DNA of 64,000 bases from Candidatus Iainarchaeum sp. (GTDB lineage Archaea > Iainarchaeota > Iainarchaeia > Iainarchaeales > UBA10191). Under the pieces are notes generated by a model, which worked only from the letters and a program-made list of their open reading frames with translations, did not search any database and was not told the DNA's origin. Below are positions 1 to 9,303 of this stretch, piece after piece; within the stretch, counting starts at the first letter, position 1, and every line of letters starts with the position of its first letter. Made by a program: the position numbers and the translations under genes. The stretch covers positions 64,001 through 128,000 of the forward strand of contig JAUSFL010000036.1 in NCBI GenBank assembly GCA_030649735.1, given 5' to 3'.

Positions 1-357
1 TTCCCTAATAAACAAATGGGATATTTCATGCCCTGTTGTTTTCTGAAAGCGATCCAGCTTGTTGTTGGAAAGTTCTTCCAACACTGTTGGAGATAGGAAA
101 AAGAGCTGGTTTTTGAGTGTTTTAATGGCATATGCTGACAGCCACTTGTTTTCCAAAGCATATTCAGGCGGAATCCAATTCTTTGAAAATTCTTCCCTAG
201 TGTAGTAAAAAAAGACTTTAAACTTCAATTCAAACCCAAAAAATCCAACATTCCGCTTATATCCTTCAGTAATGCTTTGAACAATCAAATCTTTGAACTG
301 TTCTTTTTCACCATCATATGAAAACTCGCAAAAGCCAAGATCTTCAACTTTAAGCAT
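1..357 (-). CDS. Putative zincin metallopeptidase, partial (runs off the window start)
   Basis: Manually translated open frame from ATG at 357: MLKVEDLGFCEF...KTTGHEISHLFIRE. Contains an HExxH motif. Not in the ORF track. Confidence 0.6.
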   Translation of the reverse strand, partial: MLKVEDLGFCEFSYDGEKEQFKDLIVQSITEGYKRNVGFFGFELKFKVFFYYTREEFSKNWIPPEYALENKWLSAYAIKTLKNQLFFLSPTVLEELSNNKLDRFQKTTGHEISHLFIRE

Positions 358-372
358 TTTCAAACCTAAAAA

Positions 373-443
373 TGGACCCGGCGGGAATCGCACCCGCGCT
401 ACGTCCTTGCGAAGGACGAGTCCTACTACTAGACTACGGGCCC
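373..443 (-). tRNA. tRNA-Ala(CGC)
   Basis: Reverse complement GGGCCCG...CGTCC TT CGC AA GGACG...CGGGTCCA forms a cloverleaf with the G3:U70 Ala identity pair. No intron, no encoded CCA. Confidence 0.93.
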
Positions 444-473
444 AATAAGAAACAGTTGAAGGAAAGAGTATTT

Positions 474-531
474 ATGCGCTATTGCTTGCAATAGCGCGAC
501 GTACGCGCACGTAAACTGGACGTGACGGTTT
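474..531 (-). ncRNA. Putative structured tRNA-trailer element, copy A
   Basis: Lies directly 3' of tRNA-Trp. 31/39 nt identical to 14534-14572, with compensatory changes in three helices. Confidence 0.6.
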
Positions 532-532
532 T

Positions 533-605
533 TGGGGACACGGGGATTTGAACCCCGACTTAAAGGTCTGGAGCCTTTCGCGCTACCAGGTTACGCAATG
601 TCCCC
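533..605 (-). tRNA. tRNA-Trp(CCA), intronless
   Basis: Reverse complement GGGGACA...AAAGG CT CCA GA CCTTT...CGGGG TTCAAAT CCCCG TGTCCCCA. Confidence 0.95.
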
Positions 606-827
606 ATTCAGGTCTTGAAAGTAAGATAAAGAATTAACGTTCAAAAAAGTTTTAAAACTAGAGAAAAGCAAGAAAAAGGCGTCAATGCCAGGGTAAATCA
701 ACTTTTGCCATTGTAATCAAATTTACTTGGCTTGTTTTTTTAAACTTAAGCGCAAAACCTGCTTGAAAAATGCAAGGCTTTAAAATAGCTAAAGCATTAT
801 TTTAATCAAAGAACTAAAGTGGTCTCT

Positions 828-3800
828 ATGGCTGAAGAAGAAGCCCGAATTAAAAAAACAAGCGAACAGTCTGAAGACTTGTTTGAAGAACTAGAGCATG
901 ATGATGAAGAAAGCGGCAGCCCTGCCAATGAAGAGCCTGAAGGCAGGGACAATGAAGACTTGGTTCCTTTAAAGAAGGAAAAAAAGCACAAGAAAGCAAA
1001 AAAGCACCACGAGCAGGAAAGCAAGGACGAAGACACTGAAATTTCCGGCGCAAAATTAAGGACGCTTGAAGAAGACACAAACCTGCCTGTTTCTGAAAGC
1101 CAGAAAAAAACCCTCTCTGACGAAGACACTGAAATTGTAAAGCCAAAAAAGCAAAAGTGGAAAGAAGCCGAAGTTTCAGGATTCAGGGAAGACAAGGAAG
1201 AAACAGAAATTTACAGGCCAATCAGGGGAGAAAAAAAATTCACAATCCACGTTGAAGGAGACCTGGAGCAAAAGGAAGAAACTGACGTTTACACTCCCAA
1301 GAAAAAAACCGAGGGAAAATGGGCAAAGGAAAAAGAAATTGAAGTAAAGGAAGAAGGCGAACTGGAAAAAGAGGAAGGAATAAAGGAAGAAGAAGAGGAA
1401 ATTGAAGAGCGCGAAGAAGACAGGATTGACGACTTTGAAGTGGAAGATGACGATTTTGACATTGACTTGGAAGGCGAAGGCCTTTCCACTGAAGGAATCC
1501 GCAAAAGAATCCTGGAAAAGGCGGAAAAAGAAAGCGTTCGCGTTTCAGAAACCAGCATTCCATTAAAATTCCTTGAAGACGGAGAAAACGTCCTGATTGG
1601 ACGGAAAAAAAGCGTTCACGCAAAGTACGGAATGCAAGGCGCATTATATGTTGGAAAAGTCGGGGAAGACGAGCAAAACAGCAAAAGCGTTTTCTTGGAT
1701 TCCTTAAACCCTCACGTGGTTTTTGTCTGCGGAGCAAGAGGCAGTGGAAAATGCCTGGCTGGAGATTCTCTAATAAGTCTTGCTGACGGAAGCGAAAAAC
1801 CAATCAAAGAGTTAGAAAATGATTTTGAAATCTTGGCATTAAATGATGAATTAAAAGTCCAAAACTCAAAGAAGGAAGGATTCTTCAAAAGGACTGTAGA
1901 ACGCATTCTGGAAGTAAGGCTTGCCAGTGGAAAAAGCATCAAACTCACTCCGGAGCATCCTTTGCTAACAATTAATGGATGGAAAGAGGCAGAAAGCATT
2001 GGTGTTGGGGGAAGGATTGCGACCCCAAGGCGCATTGGCTTCTTTGGAAATCTAAAAGCAAGAGAATGCGATGTTAAATTGCTGGCGTACTTGCTTGCAG
2101 AAGGGCATTTGGGAAACCAGTTTGTGCTTTTCTCAAACTTTGATGAAAGAATAGTTTCAGAATTCAATGAATGTATTGGAGAGTTTGACCAAAACTTGAG
2201 GATTGAACAACATTCAAAACCAGGATGCTTTAGGATTGCTCAAAAAAGAAAAGAGACTGACATTTCCAAAATCAAAAGAAACCCAAAAGGGCAATTCACC
2301 CAAGAAAGCAGAATCAAGTGCAGCAAAAGCTCGCTGATGCTCTGGCTTGAAAGTTTGGGAATTTACGGAAAGCTTTCTGCAGAAAAATTCATTCCAGAAA
2401 ACATTTTCAAGCTTGAGAAAGAACAGCTTTCAGTATTCTTGAACAGGCTTTTCAGCTGTGATGGAAGCATTTACAGAATCAACAAGAAAAAAAACAATTG
2501 GGCAATATGCTATGCTTCAAGCTCTGAAAAAATGATTTACCAAGTGCAGTCATTGCTGCTGAAGTTTGGAATAATATCAAGCGTCAGGGAAAAGAGAATT
2601 TTATGCAACAAGAAAGAATTCAAGTCTTTCGAACTGGTTGTTTATTCGGAAAGCGTGCTGGAATTCATTAAAGAAATAGGGTTTTTTGGAAAAAAAGAAG
2701 ACAAAGAAAAAACCGCGCTTTTTGAAATGTCAGGAATTCAAAGAAACCCAAACAATGACACAATCCCAATGGAAGTTTGGGCAAAGCTTGATGGAATAAA
2801 CTGGATGAAGACTGGAAGGGAATTTGGCTACAAAAACTGCAAGTCATTCCATAATGTCAAGAATTATGCCCCTTCAAGGGAAAAACTATTGAAAATCGCG
2901 CAAATCAACAATCTTAAAGGAATTCAACTGCTTGCAGAAAGCGACATTTATTGGGATGAAATAAAAGAAGTCAAAGAATTAAACGGAAGTTTTGAAGTTT
3001 TCGACATTAGCATTCCAGAATTGCATAATTTTGTAGCAAACAATATTATCGTGCACAATTCTTACGTGCTTGGAGTCATTGCTGAAGAGCTCGCGAAAAA
3101 AAACAACAATGTAGGAATTGTAGTCATTGACCCAATCGGCGTGTTTTGGAGCATGCGATTCCCAAACCGCGAAAAAAAAGAAATTGACGCAATGGGCGAA
3201 TGGAATTTAATGCCTGAAGGATTGAACAACCTAAAAGTGTTCATTCCTGAAGGAATCGCGAACGAAGTCCCAAAAAACACTTATGACGCAACTTTCAGCA
3301 TCCAGCCTTCATTGCTTACAAGCGAAGACTGGTGCCTTACTTTTGGAATAGACCGGTTTTCGCCAACAGGCCTATTGCTTGAAAAGGCAGTGAAGAGAGT
3401 GGAAGCCGGCTACAAGACTGCAGCTAGCGAAACCCAAAAGGCATTAATTGTAAAGCCCAAGGGAAGAAAGTACGGAATTGACGACCTTGTAAACTGCCTT
3501 GAAAGAGACGCTGAAATCAACAGCCGCGACAAAGGATTCAAGCAAGACTCTGTAAGGGCATTGGTTTCAAGGTTTGAGGCAGCAAAAAACTGGGGAGTAT
3601 TCTCAAACAATGGAACTCCGTTGGCAGAAATTTCACGAGAAGGCCAATTGACAGTCCTTGACACCAGCTTCTTGGAAGATAACGTAACCGCGCTTGTAAT
3701 TGGAATCCTGGCAAGAAGGCTCTTGGCTGCAAGAAAAATCATAACTAGAAAAGAGGCTTCAGTAAAGTTTGACAAAAAAGACATGGACCAAATGCTCGAG

Positions 3801-5279
3801 CTTGAAGTTCCAGCAACATGGCTTTTCATTGATGAAGCCCACACTTTAATTCCTTCAGGAAATGTAAGGACTCCTGCAACCGCAGGCCTTATTGAGTATG
3901 TAAAGCAGGGAAGAAGACCGGGGCTTTCACTCGTGTTTGCGACACAGCAGCCTTCAGCAATTGACTCTAAAGTGCTAAGCCAATTGGACGTGATAATGAC
4001 CCACAAGCTGGTTTTTGACGATGACATCAAGGCAGTCTACAAAAGAACTCCAACAATAATTCCTGCAAAGTACAGGAAAGCAATGTTCATCAAAACTCTT
4101 CCAGTGGGCGTGGCATTGACTGGAGACAGGGCTGAAGAAACATCCCGCGCGTTTGTAATGCGCATTAGGCCCAGAATGAGCCAGCATGAAGGCAGGGACG
4201 CAGTCACAATGGAAAACACTAAAGAAATCAGCCCTAAAGAAATTCAAGAACTGGCATTAAGCATGGCGAGCTCCAAACTAAAGGCCGAAGGAATAATGCC
4301 TTTGGAAAAACTCCGCGCGCTCATTGACACTTTAAACACAAAATACAAGGCAAAAATCAATACAGAAGACATCTTGAAAGCCTTGGAAAAATCAGGCTGC
4401 GTTGTCGACCTTGCAGCAGGAACAATTGCAATCAAAGGATTCAAGCCGCAAGAAAAAGAAGTTGAAGAGTTTTCAAAGCAGGAAAGCATTGCAAACGCAA
4501 TTGAAGAAAGCGCTGAAGTTGCCGAAAAGGAAGAAAGAAAATCACTGCATGAAACAAGCGAAGAACTGACAGAGCTATTGGCAATTCCGGCAACTCTCAC
4601 AGAACAGCAGGCCCGCAAAGTATTTGACAACGCGAGAAAAAAGAAAACATTCGGGCTGTTCGGAAGCGAAGAACGCATTACCTCAATGCAATTAAAGTAC
4701 AGGACAGTGTGGAAAGTGGTTTTCAACGAGTACAACCTGCGGAAGGAATTCGCCAAGAACGAATGCTACATTGACTCAGTAACTGGAGAGTTTTTGCACT
4801 TTAACGGGAAAGAATTCATTGAAAGCAAGGGCGCAAAATTCCTTTACGATTTAAGCGATGAAGAAATCTCAGTCGCAAAAGAAATTGCGGTGAAAAAAAG
4901 AATGCCTGAAGGAAAAGAGCAAAAATTCAGGAAAATTGCTGAAAAGCTTGCGGAAAAAGGGCTGATTAAAATCAAGGAAGACAAGGGAATTGTAAAATAC
5001 GCCATTGACGAGCAAGCATTCGACCTTCCCCCATCGCCAGACCATGAACTGCTTTCAAGCATTGGAAAAATGCGCTTAATTACAGTCGAGGCCTTGGGAA
5101 AAGAAAAGGAAAACATTGGGCGCGAGAGCGCAATGAAGCTTGTCCAGAGATTATGGCCGACCATTATAGTGAAGAAAATCGAGGAAGTCGAAAGGCCATT
5201 GTTTGAAGCCACTTTCGAGTCAGCGAACGGCGAAAGCAGACGGGTAAAAATTGACGGTTTGAGCGGAAAAAGCGTTTAA
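828..5279 (+). CDS. HerA/DUF87-family P-loop ATPase with intein, acidic N-terminal extension and long C-terminal extension
   Basis: Walker A GARGSGK/S split by the intein; VVIDPIG; Walker B LFIDEAH; GRRPGLSLVFATQQPSAID. ATG at 828 (the track starts at GTG 819). Confidence 0.85.
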   Translation: MAEEEARIKKTSEQSEDLFEELEHDDEESGSPANEEPEGRDNEDLVPLKKEKKHKKAKKHHEQESKDEDTEISGAKLRTLEEDTNLPVSESQKKTLSDEDTEIVKPKKQKWKEAEVSGFREDKEETEIYRPIRGEKKFTIHVEGDLEQKEETDVYTPKKKTEGKWAKEKEIEVKEEGELEKEEGIKEEEEEIEEREEDRIDDFEVEDDDFDIDLEGEGLSTEGIRKRILEKAEKESVRVSETSIPLKFLEDGENVLIGRKKSVHAKYGMQGALYVGKVGEDEQNSKSVFLDSLNPHVVFVCGARGSGKCLAGDSLISLADGSEKPIKELENDFEILALNDELKVQNSKKEGFFKRTVERILEVRLASGKSIKLTPEHPLLTINGWKEAESIGVGGRIATPRRIGFFGNLKARECDVKLLAYLLAEGHLGNQFVLFSNFDERIVSEFNECIGEFDQNLRIEQHSKPGCFRIAQKRKETDISKIKRNPKGQFTQESRIKCSKSSLMLWLESLGIYGKLSAEKFIPENIFKLEKEQLSVFLNRLFSCDGSIYRINKKKNNWAICYASSSEKMIYQVQSLLLKFGIISSVREKRILCNKKEFKSFELVVYSESVLEFIKEIGFFGKKEDKEKTALFEMSGIQRNPNNDTIPMEVWAKLDGINWMKTGREFGYKNCKSFHNVKNYAPSREKLLKIAQINNLKGIQLLAESDIYWDEIKEVKELNGSFEVFDISIPELHNFVANNIIVHNSYVLGVIAEELAKKNNNVGIVVIDPIGVFWSMRFPNREKKEIDAMGEWNLMPEGLNNLKVFIPEGIANEVPKNTYDATFSIQPSLLTSEDWCLTFGIDRFSPTGLLLEKAVKRVEAGYKTAASETQKALIVKPKGRKYGIDDLVNCLERDAEINSRDKGFKQDSVRALVSRFEAAKNWGVFSNNGTPLAEISREGQLTVLDTSFLEDNVTALVIGILARRLLAARKIITRKEASVKFDKKDMDQMLELEVPATWLFIDEAHTLIPSGNVRTPATAGLIEYVKQGRRPGLSLVFATQQPSAIDSKVLSQLDVIMTHKLVFDDDIKAVYKRTPTIIPAKYRKAMFIKTLPVGVALTGDRAEETSRAFVMRIRPRMSQHEGRDAVTMENTKEISPKEIQELALSMASSKLKAEGIMPLEKLRALIDTLNTKYKAKINTEDILKALEKSGCVVDLAAGTIAIKGFKPQEKEVEEFSKQESIANAIEESAEVAEKEERKSLHETSEELTELLAIPATLTEQQARKVFDNARKKKTFGLFGSEERITSMQLKYRTVWKVVFNEYNLRKEFAKNECYIDSVTGEFLHFNGKEFIESKGAKFLYDLSDEEISVAKEIAVKKRMPEGKEQKFRKIAEKLAEKGLIKIKEDKGIVKYAIDEQAFDLPPSPDHELLSSIGKMRLITVEALGKEKENIGRESAMKLVQRLWPTIIVKKIEEVERPLFEATFESANGESRRVKIDGLSGKSV
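1752..3059 (+). mobile_element. Intein with LAGLIDADG homing endonuclease (436 aa)
   Basis: Starts CLAGDS, block B LTPEHPLL, DOD motifs LLAYLLAEGH and FLNRLFSCDGS, ends HNFVANNIIVHN followed by extein Ser. Confidence 0.95.
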
Positions 5280-5389
5280 AAGTTAAAAATACGCCTTTTT
5301 AATTCTTTTGATTGCAAAATTTAACAGTAAAGCAAATTTTTCGCAAGGAAAAAGGCTTTAAAAAAATAAAAAAGAGATGAAAAAAAAAT

Positions 5390-5551
5390 ATGAGTTTCGG
5401 AAGATTTAATAACGGCCCAAGGCAAATGTTCAAGGTAACCTGCTCGGATTGCGGACAGGAAACAGAAGTTCCATTCAAGCCAGACGGAACAAGACCAGTC
5501 TATTGCAGGGACTGCTACCAAAAGCACAAGCCAAAAAGAGACAATTACTAA
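5390..5551 (+). CDS. CxxC-x17-CxxC zinc-ribbon small protein (53 aa)
   Basis: Manual translation MSFGRFNNGPRQMFKVTCSDCGQETEVPFKPDGTRPVYCRDCYQKHKPKRDNY. Below the track cutoff; classic VPFKP...PVYCRDC pattern. Confidence 0.9.
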   Translation: MSFGRFNNGPRQMFKVTCSDCGQETEVPFKPDGTRPVYCRDCYQKHKPKRDNY

Positions 5552-5662
5552 TTGCTCTAAAAAGTTTGAAAATTTGGACAAAAAAATTGAGTTTTTGAGA
5601 AAAAACTCCTTTTTCTTTTTATTTTTAATTTCCCCACCTAGTTTAAACAAGAAGGCTCGCGA

Positions 5663-6361
5663 ATGAAAGGGACAATAGCATACAGGTTTGAAACTCCAAC
5701 ATATCCCGGGAACATACTTTACTTGAATTTGATAAGCAATTACTCCTGCACTAACTCCTGCGTATTCTGCGGCAGGCCAAAATCAAGAAAAGAAATTGGG
5801 CAGCCAAACATTTACGAAAAAAAAGCAGGCAGTTCCCTTTATCTTGAAAAAAAACCAACTGTAAAGCAAGCCCTTAATGCAATCGCGGCAAAAATCAAGC
5901 CAACAGACAATGAAATAGCAATTGTGGGACTCGGCGAGCCGCTTTTGAATTTTCTGACAGTAGAAAAATTACTAACGGAAATAAAACGCAAGTACTCTGT
6001 GAAAACAAGAATTGACACTAACGGGACAATAAGGTGCATTTTCAAAAACCCTGCGCAAAGGCTTGCAAAAGCAGGACTGGACGAAATCAGAATCTCATTG
6101 AATGCAGTAAGCAAGAAAGAATACGACAAATTATGCAATCCAATATTTCCTCAAGCATTTGAAGAATTACAAAAATTCATTAAAGACTGCATTAAGGAAA
6201 GCATTGAAACCAAGGCAAGTTTTGTTGAAGATTTCAAGCGAAAAGAAATCAAGCAAAGCGGCAGGAAAGAGCGTGAAAAATTTGCGCTATCTTTAGGAAT
6301 CAAGAAAAAAAACATTATTTTCAGGAAATTCATGAAACCCATAAAAGTTTGGGGATTTTAA
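5663..6361 (+). CDS. Radical SAM protein, TatD-associated-like family
   Basis: LYLNL...CTNSCVFC, GLGEP, RIDTNG, ISLNA. Confidence 0.8.
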   Translation: MKGTIAYRFETPTYPGNILYLNLISNYSCTNSCVFCGRPKSRKEIGQPNIYEKKAGSSLYLEKKPTVKQALNAIAAKIKPTDNEIAIVGLGEPLLNFLTVEKLLTEIKRKYSVKTRIDTNGTIRCIFKNPAQRLAKAGLDEIRISLNAVSKKEYDKLCNPIFPQAFEELQKFIKDCIKESIETKASFVEDFKRKEIKQSGRKEREKFALSLGIKKKNIIFRKFMKPIKVWGF

Positions 6362-6362
6362 A

Positions 6363-6998
6363 ATGAAACTCTTGCTTTTAATCAGTGGAGGCATTGACAG
6401 CCCGGTTGCGGGCGCACTTGCGCTAAAGGCAAAGCACGAGCTTGTTGCAGTGCACTTTCACAATACCCCATTCACTGACGAATTAAATAAGCAAAAGGCA
6501 ATTGACGCCTTGAAAATTTTGGCAAAAAAATTTGGCAAAACAATCAAACTCTACATAATCCCCCATGGTTTTTCGCTGACTTCAATTGCAAAAAACTGCG
6601 ACAGGAAAATGAACTGCGTTTTATGCAGGAGAATAATGCTGCGCGTTGCCTCAAGGATTGCGGAGCAAGAAGGCTGCGGCGCCTTGCTTACTGGCGAAAG
6701 CCTTGCGCAAGTCGCTTCCCAGACGTTATGGAATTTGGAGGCAGAGCATTCTGCAGCAAGCAAAATTATTGTACGGCCTCTTTTGGGAATGGATAAGAGT
6801 GAAATTACAGAACTCGCCCGAGAGTTTGGAACTTTCAGCAATTCAATAAAGCCAGCATTATGCTGCACTATAGTCCCAAGCCAGCCTGCAACGCATTCAA
6901 GCCTTGAACGGGCAGAGCTTGAGGAAAAAAAGCTTGATTTGGAAGCGATTGTGCAAAAGGCTTTTGAAGGCAAAGAAGTTATAGAAATCAAACAATAA
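6363..6998 (+). CDS. thiI: ThiI-like PP-loop sulfurtransferase, catalytic domain only (no THUMP)
   Basis: SGGIDSPVA, CxxC (CVLCRR), TGESLAQVASQTL, RPLLGMDK. Only 211 aa. Confidence 0.8.
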   Translation: MKLLLLISGGIDSPVAGALALKAKHELVAVHFHNTPFTDELNKQKAIDALKILAKKFGKTIKLYIIPHGFSLTSIAKNCDRKMNCVLCRRIMLRVASRIAEQEGCGALLTGESLAQVASQTLWNLEAEHSAASKIIVRPLLGMDKSEITELAREFGTFSNSIKPALCCTIVPSQPATHSSLERAELEEKKLDLEAIVQKAFEGKEVIEIKQ

Positions 6999-7007
6999 GG
7001 TGTTTTT

Positions 7008-7757
7008 TTGGAAAGCCAGGGTTTTTTCACTAGTCCAAAAATTGCGGGCGGGTTTGCAATTAAAGAATACTCTGGATTCTTGACTGAAAAACAAGCAATG
7101 CAGCTTTTACAGGAGCATAGGCAATACCTCAAAGAGCTTGAGAACGCCGGCATAACAACAGCCCAAACTCAAATGCATTTTGAAAGAACGCCAAAAGGAT
7201 GCAAGATTAGAATTATTCAAGAAGCTTTTGATGAAAAAGAATTGGTTAAGCAAATTATTGCAAGTTCTGGAAGAGAACAGGCATTAAAAACAGTCGGGAT
7301 TGTTTTGCAAGCCGCTGAAAAAGCAATTGTTTACAGCACGACAAAAAACTCGAATTTTGGATTTCACCCAAGCTTGAGAAATTTTGCTTTAAAAAAAGGG
7401 ATTCTTTACTACATTGACACTTTCCCGCCATTAGTTTCAAGAAAACAAGTTGCAAGAACAATTAGAATGCATTCGCCGTGGCCAAAATCAAAAATCGCAA
7501 GAATTGCATTATCTCCAATTGCAAGAATTGCGGCCAGCGAATACTACAATCCAGAAAGAATGATTAACGGAATCCTGGCAAGCGCTTCAAGGCTAAGGCC
7601 CGAATTAAAGAAAGAATTCCTGGAAGCAGGCATCAGAACAAGCCTGCGGGTTTTGCCAAAAAAAGCGGAAAAAATCAGGAAACTGGCGATTGCAAGCATT
7701 GAAAGGAAAGGATACAGGAAAGCAGTCGATTTCCTGAAAAGAATAAGGAGAAAATGA
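7008..7757 (+). CDS. Basic hypothetical protein with atypical kinase-like fold
   Basis: FAIKEY, ELENAGI, IIQE, HPSLRNF and YYIDTFPP resemble kinase subdomains. TTG start. Confidence 0.45.
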   Translation: MESQGFFTSPKIAGGFAIKEYSGFLTEKQAMQLLQEHRQYLKELENAGITTAQTQMHFERTPKGCKIRIIQEAFDEKELVKQIIASSGREQALKTVGIVLQAAEKAIVYSTTKNSNFGFHPSLRNFALKKGILYYIDTFPPLVSRKQVARTIRMHSPWPKSKIARIALSPIARIAASEYYNPERMINGILASASRLRPELKKEFLEAGIRTSLRVLPKKAEKIRKLAIASIERKGYRKAVDFLKRIRRK

Positions 7758-8035
7758 AGTTTATGGAATTGTCTGATTTTGTCGGAAAGCCCTGCAAGAG
7801 CAGGGTTGCTTTTGAGTTCATTCCAAAAAAGAGAATAAAACTTGACTTGGAAGAAATTGCGAAAAGACTGAAGGAAAAGGAAGTTTTTGTCGAAATTGAA
7901 ACTCCCTTCCTGCTGATTTTGAGAATGCAAGTTCCAATCACTCTCTTCCAGACTGGAAAAATACTGATTAAGGAAACCAACATGGAAAAAGACGCCAGAA
8001 AAATCGCTGAAAAGCTCGTGAAAATCATGGGCTGA
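7754..8035 (+). CDS. Conserved small hypothetical protein (TBP-like alpha/beta fold)
   Basis: 93 aa, overlaps the upstream stop; ITLFQTGKILIK pattern. Confidence 0.6.
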   Translation: MKFMELSDFVGKPCKSRVAFEFIPKKRIKLDLEEIAKRLKEKEVFVEIETPFLLILRMQVPITLFQTGKILIKETNMEKDARKIAEKLVKIMG

Positions 8036-8096
8036 TTCTTGAATTCGCAAATGCTTTTAAACTAGAAAAGCCTGCTTGATTTAGAAAGCACAATTT

Positions 8097-8438
8097 TTGA
8101 AAAAAGAAGGTGGAAAAATACCAGTAGCAAAAAAACAGAACACTTCAAAAGCCAAGCTGCAGGAAATCAAAAGCATGGACTTGATGTCTACTGCAAAATT
8201 CTATGCCGTACTTGGCGCAATAATAGGCGCGATTTACGGGCTAATATTCGGGGCAATTTTTGGAATTGCATTAGGCATTAAAGGCGGCGCCGCACTTGCG
8301 GGGCTTGGAATAATCGGCGGCTTGATTTTAGGAATTGTTTTTGGAATAATCGGCGGTTTTGTCAGCGGAGCAATATCTGCAGTACTGTACAACATTATTG
8401 CCAAAAGATTCGGCGGAATTAAGATTGAATTGAAGTGA
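8097..8438 (+). CDS. Small Gly-rich membrane protein (DUF3566-like)
   Basis: Two hydrophobic helices; C-terminus LYNIIAKRFGGIKIELK. Start uncertain. Confidence 0.65.
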   Translation: MKKEGGKIPVAKKQNTSKAKLQEIKSMDLMSTAKFYAVLGAIIGAIYGLIFGAIFGIALGIKGGAALAGLGIIGGLILGIVFGIIGGFVSGAISAVLYNIIAKRFGGIKIELK

Positions 8439-8566
8439 AAAAAGCCTTGCAAGCTTTTTTTGCAAAAAACCGCTGTTTCTTGAGTGTTTTAAGAAATCTT
8501 TAAATACTTAGTTTCTTTATTCACTAAAGGCAAGGCAATAATGCCTTTGCATTTGTGAGGGATTTT

Positions 8567-9217
8567 ATGGGTTTTTTTGACATTTTAACAAAGCCTGAAG
8601 AAACAATGAAAGCATTGGTTTCAAAGGCAAACTTAAATGACGCGTTAAAGACTTTTGCAATTTACGGCGCAATCATCGGTATTATTATTGGCGCAATATT
8701 ATGGACTATTGGCTTCGCTGCGGCATGGATTATTGGCACGATTCCTGGCGTAAATACGGGTGGGCTTGCAGTTTTTGTAGCATCTCTAGCATCCCTTGGC
8801 GTTTTGGCAATTATTATCTGCGCAATTCTTGGCGTAATACTTTCAGTAATAGGAAGCGCAATAATGTATGGAATAATCTGGCTTTGCGCAAAGCTTTTGG
8901 GAGGCACTGGAACTTTCACGCAAAACTATTACCTTGCTTCAAAGCTTGTTTGGCCAAGCCTAGTGGCCGGATTAATTGCCTACATTGTCGGATCAATCCT
9001 AATGATAGTGTTCATTGGATTCTTGATAATACTGGCATTTGAGCTCTACATGATTTTCGTCATTGTAGTACTGGTTTCAGTAGCCAACAAAATAAGCAAG
9101 CTAAGGGCATTGGCTGCAGTATTATTGCCAATAATCGTGGTTGGAATAATTGCAATAATCATTGCAATCATTGTTGCGTTGGCAGTTTCTTCCGCAGGCC
9201 CAACAGTTGTTTACTAA
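8567..9217 (+). CDS. Yip1-domain membrane protein
   Basis: DILTKPEETM N-terminus, AKLLGGTGTF, about five TM helices. Confidence 0.75.
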   Translation: MGFFDILTKPEETMKALVSKANLNDALKTFAIYGAIIGIIIGAILWTIGFAAAWIIGTIPGVNTGGLAVFVASLASLGVLAIIICAILGVILSVIGSAIMYGIIWLCAKLLGGTGTFTQNYYLASKLVWPSLVAGLIAYIVGSILMIVFIGFLIILAFELYMIFVIVVLVSVANKISKLRALAAVLLPIIVVGIIAIIIAIIVALAVSSAGPTVVY

Positions 9218-9225
9218 TTAGAAAT

Positions 9226-9258
9226 GCCCGAAATTTCGGGCTTTCTTTTTTCTTTTTT
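9226..9258 (+). terminator. Hairpin plus T-tract terminator
   Basis: Perfect palindrome GCCCGAAATTTCGGGC followed by TTTCTTTTTTCTTTTTT just after the Yip1 stop. Confidence 0.6.
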
Positions 9259-9303
9259 AGGAAATTCAAATAAGTTTAAATATACAGGACTTTTCTTTAA
9301 TTC

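Noticed and set aside
474-531. Assignment of the tRNA-trailer element to HDV/theta, hammerhead, glmS, fluoride or group II intron D5 families
   Set aside because: The required helix order or catalytic consensus could not be fitted by eye.
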